From an uncultured Eubacteriales bacterium (lineage in GTDB: Bacteria; Bacillota; Clostridia; Christensenellales; CAG-138): a DNA stretch of 64,000 bases. Shown here in pieces: positions 30,350 to 41,888 of the stretch. The notes below the pieces were generated by a model. That model did not search any database. It was not told where the DNA came from and worked only from the letters and a program-made list of their open reading frames with translations. The stretch's first letter is position 1. Each line of letters begins with the position of its first letter. The stretch is taken from contig OW818651.1 in the NCBI GenBank assembly GCA_942492885.1, positions 2,306,959 to 2,370,958 on the forward strand, given 5' to 3'. Made by a program: the position numbers and the translations under genes.

Positions 30350-31324
30350 ATGAATCAAGATCGAATCAAAGATCTGGAAGAAGCGATTCATACTCGCTTT
30401 GGCAATATCGCGGGAATGATTGTGCAGCGAAACGGTGAAACATTATATGAGAACTATTTTCACGGATACACGACGGAACATGCCCTTCATATGTACTCGG
30501 TGACGAAGAGCGTGTTCTCTGCGCTGATCGGCATCGCCACAGAACAAGGCTGCATCAAAAGCGTGGATGAGAAGGTTCTGGAGTTTTTTCCGGAATATCA
30601 GGTACTGCCGGGTGAACAAACGATACAGGACGTCACGATCCAACACCTGCTGACCATGACCGCACCTTATAAGTATGAAACGGAACCGTACCAGCGGTTC
30701 TTCACGAGCCAAACCCCGATTCAGGATGCGCTCGATCTATTGGGCGGGGATAAGCGCATCGGAGCATTCAACTACTCTGCAATCGGCGGGACGCACATAT
30801 TGTCAGGAATTCTGGCGCGGGCAACAGGGCAGAGCGTGCTCGATTTTGCGCAGAAGCACCTGTTTGCGCCACTGGGAATTCAGGTTTCGCAAAGCATTAT
30901 CATCAGGAGCGAAGCGGAGCATGTTGCCCTGATGAGTGACCCGAACACCCGCGGTTGGGTGGTCGACCCGCAGGGAAACAACATGGCGAGCTGGGGACTG
31001 TTTTTGACGCCGCGGGAGATGGGGAAAATTGGTCAGCTGTACCTCGATGGCGGCGTTTGGGCGGGCAAGCAGATCGTTCCCGACGGATGGGTTGCCGAAA
31101 GCACGCGCGAACACAGCCGCTGTCCCGACTGGGGAAAGCTGCCCTATGGCTATCTCTGGTGGGTCATCGATTCCAATCGCTTTGCCGCGCTGGGCGACGG
31201 CGGGAATGTGATCTACGTGAACACCAAAAAACGCATGGTGATCTCGATTGCGTCCTTCATGGTGCCGGATGTCAAGGATCGCATCAAATGGATCAAAAAA
31301 GAAGTCGAGCCGTTGTTTTCATAA
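30350..31324 (+). CDS. serine hydrolase, beta-lactamase/transpeptidase-like family
   Basis: SxxK motif SVTKS near the N-terminus. 324 aa. Confidence 0.8.
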   Translation: MNQDRIKDLEEAIHTRFGNIAGMIVQRNGETLYENYFHGYTTEHALHMYSVTKSVFSALIGIATEQGCIKSVDEKVLEFFPEYQVLPGEQTIQDVTIQHLLTMTAPYKYETEPYQRFFTSQTPIQDALDLLGGDKRIGAFNYSAIGGTHILSGILARATGQSVLDFAQKHLFAPLGIQVSQSIIIRSEAEHVALMSDPNTRGWVVDPQGNNMASWGLFLTPREMGKIGQLYLDGGVWAGKQIVPDGWVAESTREHSRCPDWGKLPYGYLWWVIDSNRFAALGDGGNVIYVNTKKRMVISIASFMVPDVKDRIKWIKKEVEPLFS

Positions 31325-31360
31325 GCAGGCAAGATGTTATACTAAAAAACGCACAAAAAA

Positions 31361-31390
31361 AGTGAGAGGTAGCAGCCTCTCACTTTTATT
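31361..31390. terminator. bidirectional terminator
   Basis: AGTGAGAGG (31361-31369) / TAGCAG / CCTCTCACT (31376-31384), flanked by A-rich and T-rich runs. Confidence 0.8.
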
Positions 31391-31401
31391 TTTTGAATCG
31401 C

Positions 31402-31959
31402 TTACATCCCCAGTGCTTCGTGGACGTCCCGCATGCCGAGGATGCTCTTTTGAATCACGTCTTCGAGCGTTATGCCAAGCAGTTCGCAGCCGCTGAGGAT
31501 GACCTCGCGGCTCACGCCCGCGGCAAACCCCTTGTCCTTGAACTTCTTCTTCACGCTGGAGACTTCCATGTCCATCACGCTCCGGCTCGGGCGCATATAG
31601 GCCGCCGCCGTGATCAGCCCCGTGAGCTCGTCGATGGTATACAGCACCGTCTCCATGTGCTTTTCGGGCTTGGTGTCGGTGCAGAGCCCCCAGCCGTGCG
31701 CGAGCACCGCGTGGATGAACGCCTCGTCATAGCCCGCTTCTTCCAGCAGACGGGGCGCTACCTTCAGGTGCTCCTCCGGCCACTGCTCATAATCCACATC
31801 GTGCAACAATCCCACGATGCCCCAATAGTTCTCGTCCTCGCCCGCCTCGCGCGCGAAATAGCGCATCACGCCCTCAACCGCAAACGCGTGCTTGAGCAGC
31901 GCTTCACTTTTCGTATAAGCCTGCAGCGTGGAGAGCGCATGTTCCCTTGAACTGTCCAT
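31402..31959 (-). CDS. HD-domain phosphohydrolase
   Basis: H...HD signature (LLHDVDYE) in a 185-aa protein. Confidence 0.75.
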   Translation of the reverse strand: MDSSREHALSTLQAYTKSEALLKHAFAVEGVMRYFAREAGEDENYWGIVGLLHDVDYEQWPEEHLKVAPRLLEEAGYDEAFIHAVLAHGWGLCTDTKPEKHMETVLYTIDELTGLITAAAYMRPSRSVMDMEVSSVKKKFKDKGFAAGVSREVILSGCELLGITLEDVIQKSILGMRDVHEALGM

Positions 31960-32125
31960 ATCTTTTTCGCCTCGCAGTCTTTATAAATTATGTTTTTTGA
32001 CGCGCCATGCAATTGTTACAGCGTCATTTGTATGCCGTTTGGCCCGACAAATGCAATCACGCGGACATTTCTCAATATCATATAATAAAATTATGAAAAA
32101 AGGCAACATATTTTGGATTCTTTTC

Positions 32126-32154
32126 TTGACAGAGGACGGAGACGATGATATCAT
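32126..32154 (+). promoter_or_regulatory. candidate rpoB promoter
   Basis: TTGACA (32126-32131), 17-nt spacer, TATCAT (32149-32154). This would give a leader of about 190 nt. Confidence 0.4.
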
Positions 32155-32345
32155 TCATGATTGACTTATGATCGTATAACTGTCGAAATATGCCCAAAAT
32201 CGGGTTTTTCAGCGGGTTTCGCGCATGAAAACAAGACGATGGGCCATTTTTGACCGCTACACGAAAAAATGAGTCCGGCAATGGTTTTTGACACGAAAAA
32301 ATGCGAAGGTGCGGCCTGCAACCGTGCCGGCAAGGGGAGTACGCG

Positions 32346-35300
32346 ATGATGCATGACGTTCAAATGGGCAGACAGACGCGAAAGAGCTTTTCCAGAATTC
32401 GGGAAGTGCTCGACATGCCGGATCTGATCGAGATCCAAAAAAATTCGTACTATCGTTTTTTGAGGGAGGACCTGAAAGAGGTTTTTGACGATATTTCCCC
32501 GATAACCGACTATTCCGGCAAACTGGTGTTAGAGTTTGTCGATTACCGCATTGATCTGGACGCACCGAAATATTCCATGGAAGAAAGCAAGGAGCGCGAC
32601 GTAAACTTCGCGGCTCCGCTTCGCGTTACCGTCCGCCTGATCAACAAAGAGACGGGCGAGGTCAAGCAGCAGGAAGTATTCATGGGCGATTTCCCGCTCA
32701 TGACGCCGCAAGGCACGTTTATCATCAATGGCGCGGAGCGCGTCATCGTTTCCCAGCTGGTTCGCTCGCCGGGCGTGTATTTCTCCGAGAGCTTCGACAA
32801 GGTCGGCAAACAGCTCTTCTCCGCGCAGGTCATCCCGAACCGCGGTGCCTGGCTGGAATATGAAACGGACAGCAACGGCGTGCTCTATGTCAAGATTGAC
32901 CGCCAGCGCAAGGTGCACATCACGGCTCTCGTCCGCGCGCTGGGCTACGGCTCCAACCCGCAGATCCTTGAGCTGCTGGGTGACGACGAGCGTCTCTCTG
33001 CAACCCTGCAGAAGGACCCGACGCACTCGGAAGCGGAAGGCCTCATCGAAATCTACAAACGCCAGCGTCCCGGCGAACCGCCGACGGAAGAAAGCGCCCG
33101 CTCGCTCTTAAACTCGCTGTTTTTCGACAAGCGGTATGATCTTGCGCGCGTTGGCCGCTATAAGTTCAATAAGAAACTCGCCATCCGTGCGCGGATTCGC
33201 AACCACGTCGCTGCGGAGACGATCGTCCACCCCCTCACTGGCGAGATTCTCGCCGAGGCGGGGCAGACCATCGACCGTTTTGTGGCGGGAGACATCCAGA
33301 ACGCCGGCATCAACGAAGTCTGGCTGCAGGTTGGCGACAACCGCGTAAAGGTCATCGGCAACAACTTTGTGCGCGCCAATGAATGGCTGGAGTTTGACCC
33401 GCACGAGGCGGGCATCAACGAAGACGTCCACCTACCGACGCTCAAGGCCGCGCTCAAAGAGAGCGAAGGCATGACGAAGGACGAGCTCAAGGCGCTGCTC
33501 AAGTCGCGCTATTATGACCTCATCCCGCGGCACATCATCCCGGACGATATGATCGCGTCGATCTCCTATCTTGTGGGCATGCCGTATAACATCGGCCGCA
33601 CGGACGACATCGACCATCTTGGCAACCGCCGCATCCGCAGCGTAGGCGAGCTCTTGCAAAACCAGATCCGCGTGGGCCTCACCCGCCTGGAGCGCGTGGT
33701 GCGCGAGCGCATGGGCCTGCAGGATATGGACGTGGCAATGCCCTCTAACCTCATCAACATCCGCCCTGTCACGGCGGCGATCAAGGAGTTTTTCGGCTCC
33801 TCGCAGCTGAGCCAGTTCATGGATCAGACAAACCCGCTGGCAGAGCTCACGCATAAGCGCAGGCTCTCCGCCTTGGGACCTGGCGGCCTCAACCGCGAGC
33901 GCGCAACGTTCGACGTTCGCGACGTTCACTTCTCGCATTACGGACGCATGTGCCCCATCGAGACGCCGGAAGGTCCGAACATCGGACTGATCAACTCGCT
34001 CTCGACCTATGCGCGCATCAACGAGTATGGCTTCATCGAAGCGCCTTACCGCCGCGTGGACAGCAAGAAGCACATCATCACGGACGAGATCGAATACCTC
34101 ACCGCGGACGAAGAGGATAACTTCATCGTCGCGCAGGCCAACGAGCCGATCAATGAAGACCTTCACTGGTTTAAGAAAGAGCGCGTCATCGCGCGTTTGC
34201 TTGACCAGATCATCGAAGTCAAGGCCGTTGAAGTGGACTATATGGACGTTTCTCCCAAGCAGCTGGTCTCGGTTGCAACGTCGATGATCCCCTTCCTCGA
34301 AAACGACGACGCAAACCGCGCGCTGATGGGTTCGAACATGCAGCGTCAGGCGGTTCCGCTGCTCATCCCCGAGTCTCCGATCGTCGCGACAGGCATGGAG
34401 TACAAGGCCGCGCACGACTCCGGCATCGTGCTCATCGCCCGCGAGGACGGCGTGGTTTCCAGTGCGTCTGCCAAGGCGATTGTGATCACGGACAAGATCG
34501 GTGTGGAACATGTGTATAAACTCACGAAGTTCCAGCGCAGCAACCAGGGCACCTGCCTTAACCAGCGCCCGATCGTGAAGCGCGGCGACATCATCGTCAA
34601 GGGCGATGTGATTGCAGACGGTGCCTCGACCGAAAACGGCGAGATCGCACTGGGCAGAAACATCCTGATCGGATTTATGACCTGGGAGGGCTACAACTAC
34701 GAGGACGCGGTTCTCATCAGCGAGAAGCTGGTCAAGGACGATGTCTTTACCTCTATCCACATCGAGGAGCACGAGGTTGAGGCGCGCGATACCAAACTAG
34801 GGCCCGAAGAGATCACCCGCGACATCCCGAACATCGGCGAAGACGCGCTGGCGCAGCTCGACGAGAGCGGCATCATCCGCCCCGGCGCAGAGGTTCGCAG
34901 CGGCGATATCCTCGTCGGCAAAGTGACGCCCAAGGGCGAAACCGAACTCACCGCGGAAGAAAGACTGCTTCGCGCCATCTTCGGCGAAAAAGCGCGCGAT
35001 GTGCGCGATACGTCCCTCCGCGTTCCGCACGGCGAAGGCGGCATCGTAGTCGATGTCAAAATCTTCACCCGCGAACACAAGGACGAACTCAGCCCCGGCG
35101 TCAACCAGATGGTGCGCGTCTACATCGCCCAGAAGCGTAAGATTTCTGTCGGCGACAAGATGGCGGGACGCCACGGTAACAAGGGTGTTATCTCGCGCAT
35201 CCTGCCGGAAGAGGACATGCCCTTCCTGCCGGACGGCACACCGCTACAGATCGTACTCAACCCGCTCGGCGTTCCCTCGCGTATGAACATCGGTCAGGTT

Positions 35301-36110
35301 CTCGAGCTGCATCTTGGCGCCGCTTGCAAAAACCTCGGCATCAAGATCGCTACCCCGGTCTTCGACGGCGCGACCGAGTCGGACATCAAAGAACTGCTCG
35401 TCAAAGCCGGACTCAACGAGGACGGCAAGACGACGCTTTACGACGGGCGCAGCGGCGAAGCTTTTGAAAACCGCGTTTCCGTCGGCTACATGTATTACCT
35501 CAAACTCGCCCACCTTGTGGACGACAAGATCCACGCCCGCTCGACCGGCCCATACTCCCTCGTGACCCAGCAACCGCTGGGCGGCAAGGCGCAGTTCGGC
35601 GGTCAGCGCTTCGGCGAAATGGAAGTCTGGGCACTGGAAGCGTACGGCGCGGCCTATACCCTGCAGGAGATCCTCACGGTCAAGTCGGACGACGTGGTCG
35701 GCCGCGTAAAGACCTACGAAGCGATTGTCAAGGGCGACAACGTGCCGCCCGCAGGCGTACCGGAGTCGTTCAAGGTGCTCATCAAGGAGCTCCAGTCCCT
35801 CGCGCTCGACATCAAGGTGTTGTCCGACACGCGCGACGAGATCTTCATCAACGAGGACGACGACGACGACGCAGTGCCGATCGATGTCAACCTCGCAGGG
35901 CTTGAGGATGTGCCCGTCTTTGCGCCGATCGGTGACGAAGAGGACGATCTGGAGGACTTTGACGACTTTGAAGATTTCGAAGACGCCGAAGAAGAGCCCG
36001 CGGTTGCAGAAGACATCGAATCTGCGGATGAAGGCCTCGACGGGCTGGACGAAGATCTTGCCGAGCTTTCCGATACGCTGGATCTCGACATCGACAAGGA
36101 CATCGAATAA
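32346..36110 (+). CDS. rpoB: DNA-directed RNA polymerase subunit beta, with ~93-aa acidic C-terminal extension
   Basis: Full-length RpoB similarity by eye (e.g. [23 protein letters not shown]). Start at ATG 32346. Confidence 0.97.
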   Translation: MMHDVQMGRQTRKSFSRIREVLDMPDLIEIQKNSYYRFLREDLKEVFDDISPITDYSGKLVLEFVDYRIDLDAPKYSMEESKERDVNFAAPLRVTVRLINKETGEVKQQEVFMGDFPLMTPQGTFIINGAERVIVSQLVRSPGVYFSESFDKVGKQLFSAQVIPNRGAWLEYETDSNGVLYVKIDRQRKVHITALVRALGYGSNPQILELLGDDERLSATLQKDPTHSEAEGLIEIYKRQRPGEPPTEESARSLLNSLFFDKRYDLARVGRYKFNKKLAIRARIRNHVAAETIVHPLTGEILAEAGQTIDRFVAGDIQNAGINEVWLQVGDNRVKVIGNNFVRANEWLEFDPHEAGINEDVHLPTLKAALKESEGMTKDELKALLKSRYYDLIPRHIIPDDMIASISYLVGMPYNIGRTDDIDHLGNRRIRSVGELLQNQIRVGLTRLERVVRERMGLQDMDVAMPSNLINIRPVTAAIKEFFGSSQLSQFMDQTNPLAELTHKRRLSALGPGGLNRERATFDVRDVHFSHYGRMCPIETPEGPNIGLINSLSTYARINEYGFIEAPYRRVDSKKHIITDEIEYLTADEEDNFIVAQANEPINEDLHWFKKERVIARLLDQIIEVKAVEVDYMDVSPKQLVSVATSMIPFLENDDANRALMGSNMQRQAVPLLIPESPIVATGMEYKAAHDSGIVLIAREDGVVSSASAKAIVITDKIGVEHVYKLTKFQRSNQGTCLNQRPIVKRGDIIVKGDVIADGASTENGEIALGRNILIGFMTWEGYNYEDAVLISEKLVKDDVFTSIHIEEHEVEARDTKLGPEEITRDIPNIGEDALAQLDESGIIRPGAEVRSGDILVGKVTPKGETELTAEERLLRAIFGEKARDVRDTSLRVPHGEGGIVVDVKIFTREHKDELSPGVNQMVRVYIAQKRKISVGDKMAGRHGNKGVISRILPEEDMPFLPDGTPLQIVLNPLGVPSRMNIGQVLELHLGAACKNLGIKIATPVFDGATESDIKELLVKAGLNEDGKTTLYDGRSGEAFENRVSVGYMYYLKLAHLVDDKIHARSTGPYSLVTQQPLGGKAQFGGQRFGEMEVWALEAYGAAYTLQEILTVKSDDVVGRVKTYEAIVKGDNVPPAGVPESFKVLIKELQSLALDIKVLSDTRDEIFINEDDDDDAVPIDVNLAGLEDVPVFAPIGDEEDDLEDFDDFEDFEDAEEEPAVAEDIESADEGLDGLDEDLAELSDTLDLDIDKDIE

Positions 36111-36133
36111 GCGGCAGCAAGGAGAGATAGACT

Positions 36134-39100
36134 GTGTTTGAATTGACGAATTTTGACGCGTTGCAGATCGGGCTCGCATCGCCCGAGAAGATACTCGAAT
36201 GGTCCCATGGCGAGGTCAAGAAACCGGAAACGATCAACTACCGCACATTAAAGCCCGAAAAAGACGGCCTGTTTTGTGAGCGTATCTTCGGGCCGACCAA
36301 GGACTGGGAGTGCCATTGCGGACGCTATAAACGCGGACGCTATAAGGGAATAGTTTGCGAAAAGTGCGGCGTGGAAGTCACCCGCGCAAAGGTGCGCCGT
36401 GAGCGCATGGGCCACATTGAGTTGGCCGTTCCGGTCAGCCACATCTGGTATTTCAAGGGCATTCCGTGCCGCATGAAAATGCTGCTGGACATGAGCCCGC
36501 GCTCGCTGGAGCAGGTGCTCTATTTCGGCGCCTATGTGGTCGTCGATCCCGGTCACACCGCGCTGACCTACAAGCAGATCCTCACCGATAAAGAATACCG
36601 CGAGGCGCAGGAGCAGTATGGCTCCAAGGCGTTTCGCGCCGGCATGGGCGCGGAATCAATCCGCGAACTGCTCGTTCACCTCGACCTGCCGAAGCTCGAG
36701 AAAGAGCTCCGCGCGGAGATCGACGGTGCCTCCGGCCAGAAGCGCGCAAACGCGATCAAGCGCCTTGAGGTGGTGGAAGCGTTCATCACCAGCGGCAACA
36801 AGCCCGAGTGGATCATCCTCACGGTGATTCCGGTCATTCCGCCGGAAATCCGCCCGATGGTGCAGCTCGACGGCGGCCGCTTTGCAACAAGCGATCTCAA
36901 CGACCTCTACCGCCGCGTGATCAACCGCAACAACCGTCTCAAACGGTTGTTGGAGCTGCGCGCGCCGGACATCATCGTGCGCAACGAAAAGCGCATGCTG
37001 CAGGAAGCCGTTGACTCCCTCATCGACAACGGCCGCCGCACACGCCCCGTCACGGGACCCGGCAACCGCCCGCTCAAGTCCCTTTCGGACATGCTGCGCG
37101 GCAAACAGGGGCGTTTCCGCCAGAACTTGCTTGGTAAGCGCGTCGACTATTCGGGCCGAAGCGTTATCGTCGTGGGTCCGGATCTGCAGATGTATCAGTG
37201 CGGCCTGCCCAAAGAGATGGCACTGGAGCTCTTCAAGCCCTTCGTCATGAAAAAGCTCGTCAAGGGCGGTTTCGCGCAGAACGTCAAGGGCGCAAAGCGC
37301 ATGGTAGAGCGCAACGATCAGGCCGTTTGGGGCGTGCTGGAGGATGTCATCAAGGATCACCCCGTGCTCCTCAACCGCGCGCCAACGCTGCATCGCCTCG
37401 GTATTCAGGCGTTTGAGCCGATTCTGGTCGAAGGCCGCGCACTCAAGCTCCATCCGCTGGTCTGCACCGCGTACAACGCGGACTTTGACGGAGACCAGAT
37501 GGCCGTTCACGTGCCGCTCTCGGTCGAGGCACAGGCGGAAGCCCGCTTCCTCATGCTCGCGAGCAACAACATCTTAAAGCCGCAGGATGGCCGCCCTGTC
37601 GTCTCCCCGACGCAGGATATGGTCATGGGTTGCTATTATCTGACCATGATCCGCCCCGGCGCAAAGGGCGAAGGCAAAATCTTCCATTCGGAAGACGAGG
37701 CCATCATGGCCTATCAAACCGGCGAAATCGCCCTGCAGGCGCGCGTGAAAATCCGTCTGGAGCGCCAGTGGAACGGCGAAAAGCGCAGGAAGGTCGTGGA
37801 CACCACGGTCGGCCGCGTGATCTTCAACAACGCCATTCCGCAGGATCTCGGCGGGGTTGACCGCACGAAGGAAGAGAACATCTTCAAGCTTGAGATCGAC
37901 ACACTGGTTGCGAAAAAGGACCTCGGCAACATCGTGGACAGCTGCTATCGCAAATACGGCCCCACGACCACCTCGCAGGTGCTTGACCGCATCAAGAAGC
38001 TCGGCTTTACCTATTCTACGCGCGGCGGCATCACCGTCGGCTTCCAGGATATTCAGGTGCCCGCCGAGAAGAAGCAGATGATTGCGGACGCAGAGGTCAA
38101 GATCGAAGAGATCGACGAGCTCTTCCGCATGGGTATGCTCAGTAATGCAGAGCGCAGAGAGCGCGTTATCAAGGTTTGGGAAGTGACCACCGACTTGGTC
38201 GCCAAGAAGCTGATGAGCTCGTTGGACGAATTCAACCCCATCTACATGATGGCAAACTCCGGCGCGCGCGGCAGCACGGCGCAGATTCGTCAGCTGGCGG
38301 GTATGCGCGGACTCATGGCCGACCCGAGCGGACAGATCATCGAGGTTCCGATTCGCGCGAATTTCCGTGAAGGCCTCTCGGTTCTGGAGTTCTTCATCTC
38401 CTCCCACGGCGCGCGCAAAGGCCTTGCCGATACCGCGCTTCGTACGGCGGACTCCGGTTACCTCACCCGCCGCCTGGTCGACGTTTCGCAGGATGTCATC
38501 GTCCGCGAAGAAGATTGCTATGCCAACCGCGGCGAAGCGCCCAAGGGCATGGTGCTCACCGAGATCAAGGACGGCAACAAGCTCATCGAGCCGCTGCGCG
38601 CCCGCGTGATTGGACGCTATGCGGTTGAGACCGTGAAGCACCCCGAAACCGGCGAAGTCATCGTTGAGGCGGGTACGCTCATCTCCTATGAGCAGGCCGA
38701 AGCGATTGAGAAGGCAGGCATCAAGAGCGTTCATTGCCGTTCGGTCTTCACCTGCCGCGCAGAGCGCGGTGTCTGCGCCAAGTGCTACGGCGCAAACCTT
38801 GCAACCGGTATGCCGATCGACATCGGCGAAGCGGTCGGCATCATCGCGGCACAGGCCATCGGCGAACCGGGCACACAGCTCACGATGCGTACATTCCACA
38901 CCGGCGGCGTCGCCAGCGCGGACGATATCACACAGGGTCTCCCGCGCGTTGAGGAGCTCTTCGAGGCGCGCAAGCCCAAGGGTCTCTCCGTCATCAGCGA
39001 GATCAACGGCGTGGTGCACATCGACGATAGCAAGAAACGCAAAGAGGCGGTTGTCACCAACGAGGACGGGGAAGCGGAAAGCTACCTCATCCCGTTCGGC

Positions 39101-39649
39101 AGCAAGCTCAAGGTTGCAAACGGAACCGTTGTGGAGGCGGGCGACGAGCTCACCGAAGGCAGCGTGAACCCGCACGACATCCTCAAGATCAAGGGCGTCA
39201 AGGGCGTTCAGGCTTACCTGCTCAAGGAAGTGCAGAGCGTTTACCGCTTGCAGGGCGTTGAGATTTCGGATAAGCACATCGAGGTCATCATCCGCCAGAT
39301 GCTCCGCAAGGTGCAGGTGGAGGAGAACGGCGAAACCAACATGCTGCCGGGCGAACTCATCGACATCTTCCGCTTCGAGCTGGAGAACGAGCGCGTCATT
39401 CAGGCAGAAGGCAAGCCCGCCATCGCAAAGCGCAAGCTTTTGGGTATCACCAAGGCTTCGCTGGCGACGGACTCCTTCCTCTCCGCGGCATCGTTCCAGG
39501 AGACCACCCGCGTGCTGACCGAAGCCGCCATCAAAGGCAAGATCGATCCGCTCGTCGGCCTCAAGGAAAACGTCATCATCGGCAAGCTGATCCCTGCGGG
39601 CATCGGACTAAGACGCTACCGCAACGTCGTCGTGACGGAAAACAAATAA
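36134..39649 (+). CDS. rpoC: DNA-directed RNA polymerase subunit beta'
   Basis: Zn-finger [20 protein letters not shown] and catalytic NADFDGD. Confidence 0.97.
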   Translation: MFELTNFDALQIGLASPEKILEWSHGEVKKPETINYRTLKPEKDGLFCERIFGPTKDWECHCGRYKRGRYKGIVCEKCGVEVTRAKVRRERMGHIELAVPVSHIWYFKGIPCRMKMLLDMSPRSLEQVLYFGAYVVVDPGHTALTYKQILTDKEYREAQEQYGSKAFRAGMGAESIRELLVHLDLPKLEKELRAEIDGASGQKRANAIKRLEVVEAFITSGNKPEWIILTVIPVIPPEIRPMVQLDGGRFATSDLNDLYRRVINRNNRLKRLLELRAPDIIVRNEKRMLQEAVDSLIDNGRRTRPVTGPGNRPLKSLSDMLRGKQGRFRQNLLGKRVDYSGRSVIVVGPDLQMYQCGLPKEMALELFKPFVMKKLVKGGFAQNVKGAKRMVERNDQAVWGVLEDVIKDHPVLLNRAPTLHRLGIQAFEPILVEGRALKLHPLVCTAYNADFDGDQMAVHVPLSVEAQAEARFLMLASNNILKPQDGRPVVSPTQDMVMGCYYLTMIRPGAKGEGKIFHSEDEAIMAYQTGEIALQARVKIRLERQWNGEKRRKVVDTTVGRVIFNNAIPQDLGGVDRTKEENIFKLEIDTLVAKKDLGNIVDSCYRKYGPTTTSQVLDRIKKLGFTYSTRGGITVGFQDIQVPAEKKQMIADAEVKIEEIDELFRMGMLSNAERRERVIKVWEVTTDLVAKKLMSSLDEFNPIYMMANSGARGSTAQIRQLAGMRGLMADPSGQIIEVPIRANFREGLSVLEFFISSHGARKGLADTALRTADSGYLTRRLVDVSQDVIVREEDCYANRGEAPKGMVLTEIKDGNKLIEPLRARVIGRYAVETVKHPETGEVIVEAGTLISYEQAEAIEKAGIKSVHCRSVFTCRAERGVCAKCYGANLATGMPIDIGEAVGIIAAQAIGEPGTQLTMRTFHTGGVASADDITQGLPRVEELFEARKPKGLSVISEINGVVHIDDSKKRKEAVVTNEDGEAESYLIPFGSKLKVANGTVVEAGDELTEGSVNPHDILKIKGVKGVQAYLLKEVQSVYRLQGVEISDKHIEVIIRQMLRKVQVEENGETNMLPGELIDIFRFELENERVIQAEGKPAIAKRKLLGITKASLATDSFLSAASFQETTRVLTEAAIKGKIDPLVGLKENVIIGKLIPAGIGLRRYRNVVVTENK

Positions 39650-39761
39650 AAGCCTGGAAGCACGCTTTTAGGCAAACAGCAAATGAACAGCCGCCGCGCC
39701 GGACACAATCCGGCGCGACGGCTCGCCAACTCTCCACCTCCGACTCTCGAAAGGAGCAGAC

Positions 39762-40487
39762 ATGGAAAAACTGCCAGTCAACCCGAACTGTGAGCTTTCC
39801 GGTACGAAATACTGCGCCGCGCTGAACATGCATACCTGCGCTGCCTGCACCGTTCGTGATTCGGAAAACAAAGCCGAGATCATCAGTGACCTCGACCTCT
39901 ACGAAACACTCCTGCCGGAAGGCGGCATTGCGCGGCTGTTTGAATCGCGCGAGTGCCAGTTCTGCAAGACCCCTGAAAAGGGGAAACGCCGCGGCTATGC
40001 GATTCTCGACATGGCGCATCCCGAACCGCGGCGCGTGCAAAAATGGCTCTTCGGCAAGCGCACCGCGCGCATCGGCACCATGGTGCCCGTGCAGATGGGC
40101 GTCTGCCCCAAGTGCCGCAGGCGGTTTCTGTTTCTGGAATATCTGCCGATGCTGATCCCCGTGGTCTTCGGTATTGGCGCGTTGCTCGTGCTCTCGCTGG
40201 ATGCCGTACGCAATCCTTTGGTGGATCTTTCCATGTTTGCGCCGTTTGGCGCATGGATCGTCACGACGCTCGTCGGGGTTATCCTCGGCAAACTCGTGAC
40301 CGACGGGCTGGAGCGCGGCTGGAAAAAAGAGATGGAGACGGATGTCATGAGCCACCCCGTCATCGTGGAGATGACAAACAAGGGCTGGACGCCGATCACC
40401 GCAAAAAGCCGCACAAAGTTGCTCTTTAGCAAGAGCCGTCTGGCAAGAGGCCTCGGCACCGCGGACAGCGAAACACCGGAAGAGTAA
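39762..40487 (+). CDS. hypothetical Cys-rich membrane protein
   Basis: Cys clusters CxxC (CAAC, CQFC, CPKC), then two hydrophobic helices. No family recognised. Confidence 0.5.
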   Translation: MEKLPVNPNCELSGTKYCAALNMHTCAACTVRDSENKAEIISDLDLYETLLPEGGIARLFESRECQFCKTPEKGKRRGYAILDMAHPEPRRVQKWLFGKRTARIGTMVPVQMGVCPKCRRRFLFLEYLPMLIPVVFGIGALLVLSLDAVRNPLVDLSMFAPFGAWIVTTLVGVILGKLVTDGLERGWKKEMETDVMSHPVIVEMTNKGWTPITAKSRTKLLFSKSRLARGLGTADSETPEE

Positions 40488-40552
40488 AATAGTGCCCCTC
40501 AAGCGCGCGAAGTACTATATATAGGAAGCGTTCTGCATGAAGCAGAAAGCGT

Positions 40553-40581
40553 TTGACAAGCGGGGCCATTACTGATAAAAT
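40553..40581 (+). promoter_or_regulatory. candidate promoter of the rpsL-rpsG-fusA-tuf (str) operon
   Basis: TTGACA (40553-40558), 17-nt spacer, TAAAAT (40576-40581). Leader of about 230 nt. Confidence 0.5.
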
Positions 40582-40814
40582 ACTGCGTTGGCGGTTCCTG
40601 TTTTTGTGACGCATGCGCGAAACATGCTGGTTTTGCGGAAGTTTACGAAAAACAAACGCCAGGTTGACCGGATTTTAACAAAAATCAGGTAAGATAGCTT
40701 CCGAGCGCCTTCGGAAAACACATTTGGATACAATGCTCCCTACAGGGGTTGCAGGGAGCGGTAATAGAGATAGATTTACGATTTTATTCGACAAAGATTG
40801 AAGGAGATTGATTC

Positions 40815-41204
40815 ATGCCGACCATTAACCAGTTGGTTCGTAAAGGCAGAGAGCAGGTGGAGTATAAATCCACGGCTCCTATTCTGAAGAAGTGCCCGCA
40901 GCGTCGCGGCGTTTGCACGGCGGTCCGTACGATGACCCCGAAAAAGCCGAACTCCGCTCTGCGTAAAATTGCCCGTATCCGTCTGACCGACGGCCTTGAG
41001 GGCACAGCATACATCCCCGGCATCGGCCACAACCTGCAGGAGCACTCCGTTGTGCTTATCCGCGGCGGCCGCGTCAAGGACCTCCCGGGCGTTCGTTACC
41101 ACATCATCCGCGGCGCACTTGATACCGCGGGCGTTGCCAATCGCAAGCAGAGCCGCTCGCTCTACGGTGCGAAAAAGGTACAGAAACAAGTTAAGAAGAA
41201 ATAA
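40815..41204 (+). CDS. rpsL: 30S ribosomal protein S12
   Basis: [12 protein letters not shown]... [10 protein letters not shown]. Confidence 0.97.
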   Translation: MPTINQLVRKGREQVEYKSTAPILKKCPQRRGVCTAVRTMTPKKPNSALRKIARIRLTDGLEGTAYIPGIGHNLQEHSVVLIRGGRVKDLPGVRYHIIRGALDTAGVANRKQSRSLYGAKKVQKQVKKK

Positions 41205-41218
41205 GGGAGGGCCGAAGT

Positions 41219-41689
41219 ATGCCGAGAAGAGGATTTATTCCCAAGCGTGAAGTGCTGGCCGACCCGATCTATAACAGTGTGGTCGTGACCAAACTCATCA
41301 ACCAGGTTATGAACGACGGTAAGCGCGGCGTCGCGCAAAAGGCCGTTTACGAAGCGTTTGATGTCATCCGTGAAAAGACCGGTCGTGAACCGGGCGAAGT
41401 CTTTGAGCAGGCGATGAATAACATCATGCCCGTACTCGAAGTCAAAGCCCGCCGCGTCGGCGGCGCCACCTATCAGGTGCCGATCGAGATCCGCGTCGAG
41501 CGCCGCCAGACCCTTGGTCTGCGTTGGCTCGTGTCCTATGCGCGTAAGCGCGGCGAGCGCACCATCAGCGCGCGCTTAGCCGCCGAAATCATGGACGGCG
41601 CCAACAGCCAGGGCAACACCTTCAAAAAGAAGGAAGACACCCACAAGATGGCCGAGGCGAACAAGGCGTTCGCGCACTATCGCTGGTAA
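41219..41689 (+). CDS. rpsG: 30S ribosomal protein S7
   Basis: MPRRG..PKREVL.DP.YNS... 156 aa, ending HYRW. Confidence 0.97.
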   Translation: MPRRGFIPKREVLADPIYNSVVVTKLINQVMNDGKRGVAQKAVYEAFDVIREKTGREPGEVFEQAMNNIMPVLEVKARRVGGATYQVPIEIRVERRQTLGLRWLVSYARKRGERTISARLAAEIMDGANSQGNTFKKKEDTHKMAEANKAFAHYRW

Positions 41690-41888
41690 ACCACCCGTTC
41701 GCGCAAGCGGAAAAGGCGGTTTCAATACGAAGGGATTGTCCCGGTTCATCCACGCGAAAGCGGCATGATCCCGGGAAGCAACTCAGGAATCAACAGCCAC
41801 GGGCCTGCGGTTCGTAACGAAAAACGAACCGCAGACCCGCGCAATACTGTAGGGAACAAATTTTTTGAACGAGTAAAGGGAAACGATT

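Noticed and set aside
37574-39277. 567-aa minus-strand ORF inside rpoC. Similar long antisense ORFs lie at 33432-34772, 35244-36179, 36656-37510, 21715-23157, 19966-20763, 9636-10688, 11798-12967 and 25843-26916.
   Set aside because: All are antisense to genes with strong family motifs. Their composition is typical of non-coding frames in GC-rich sequence.
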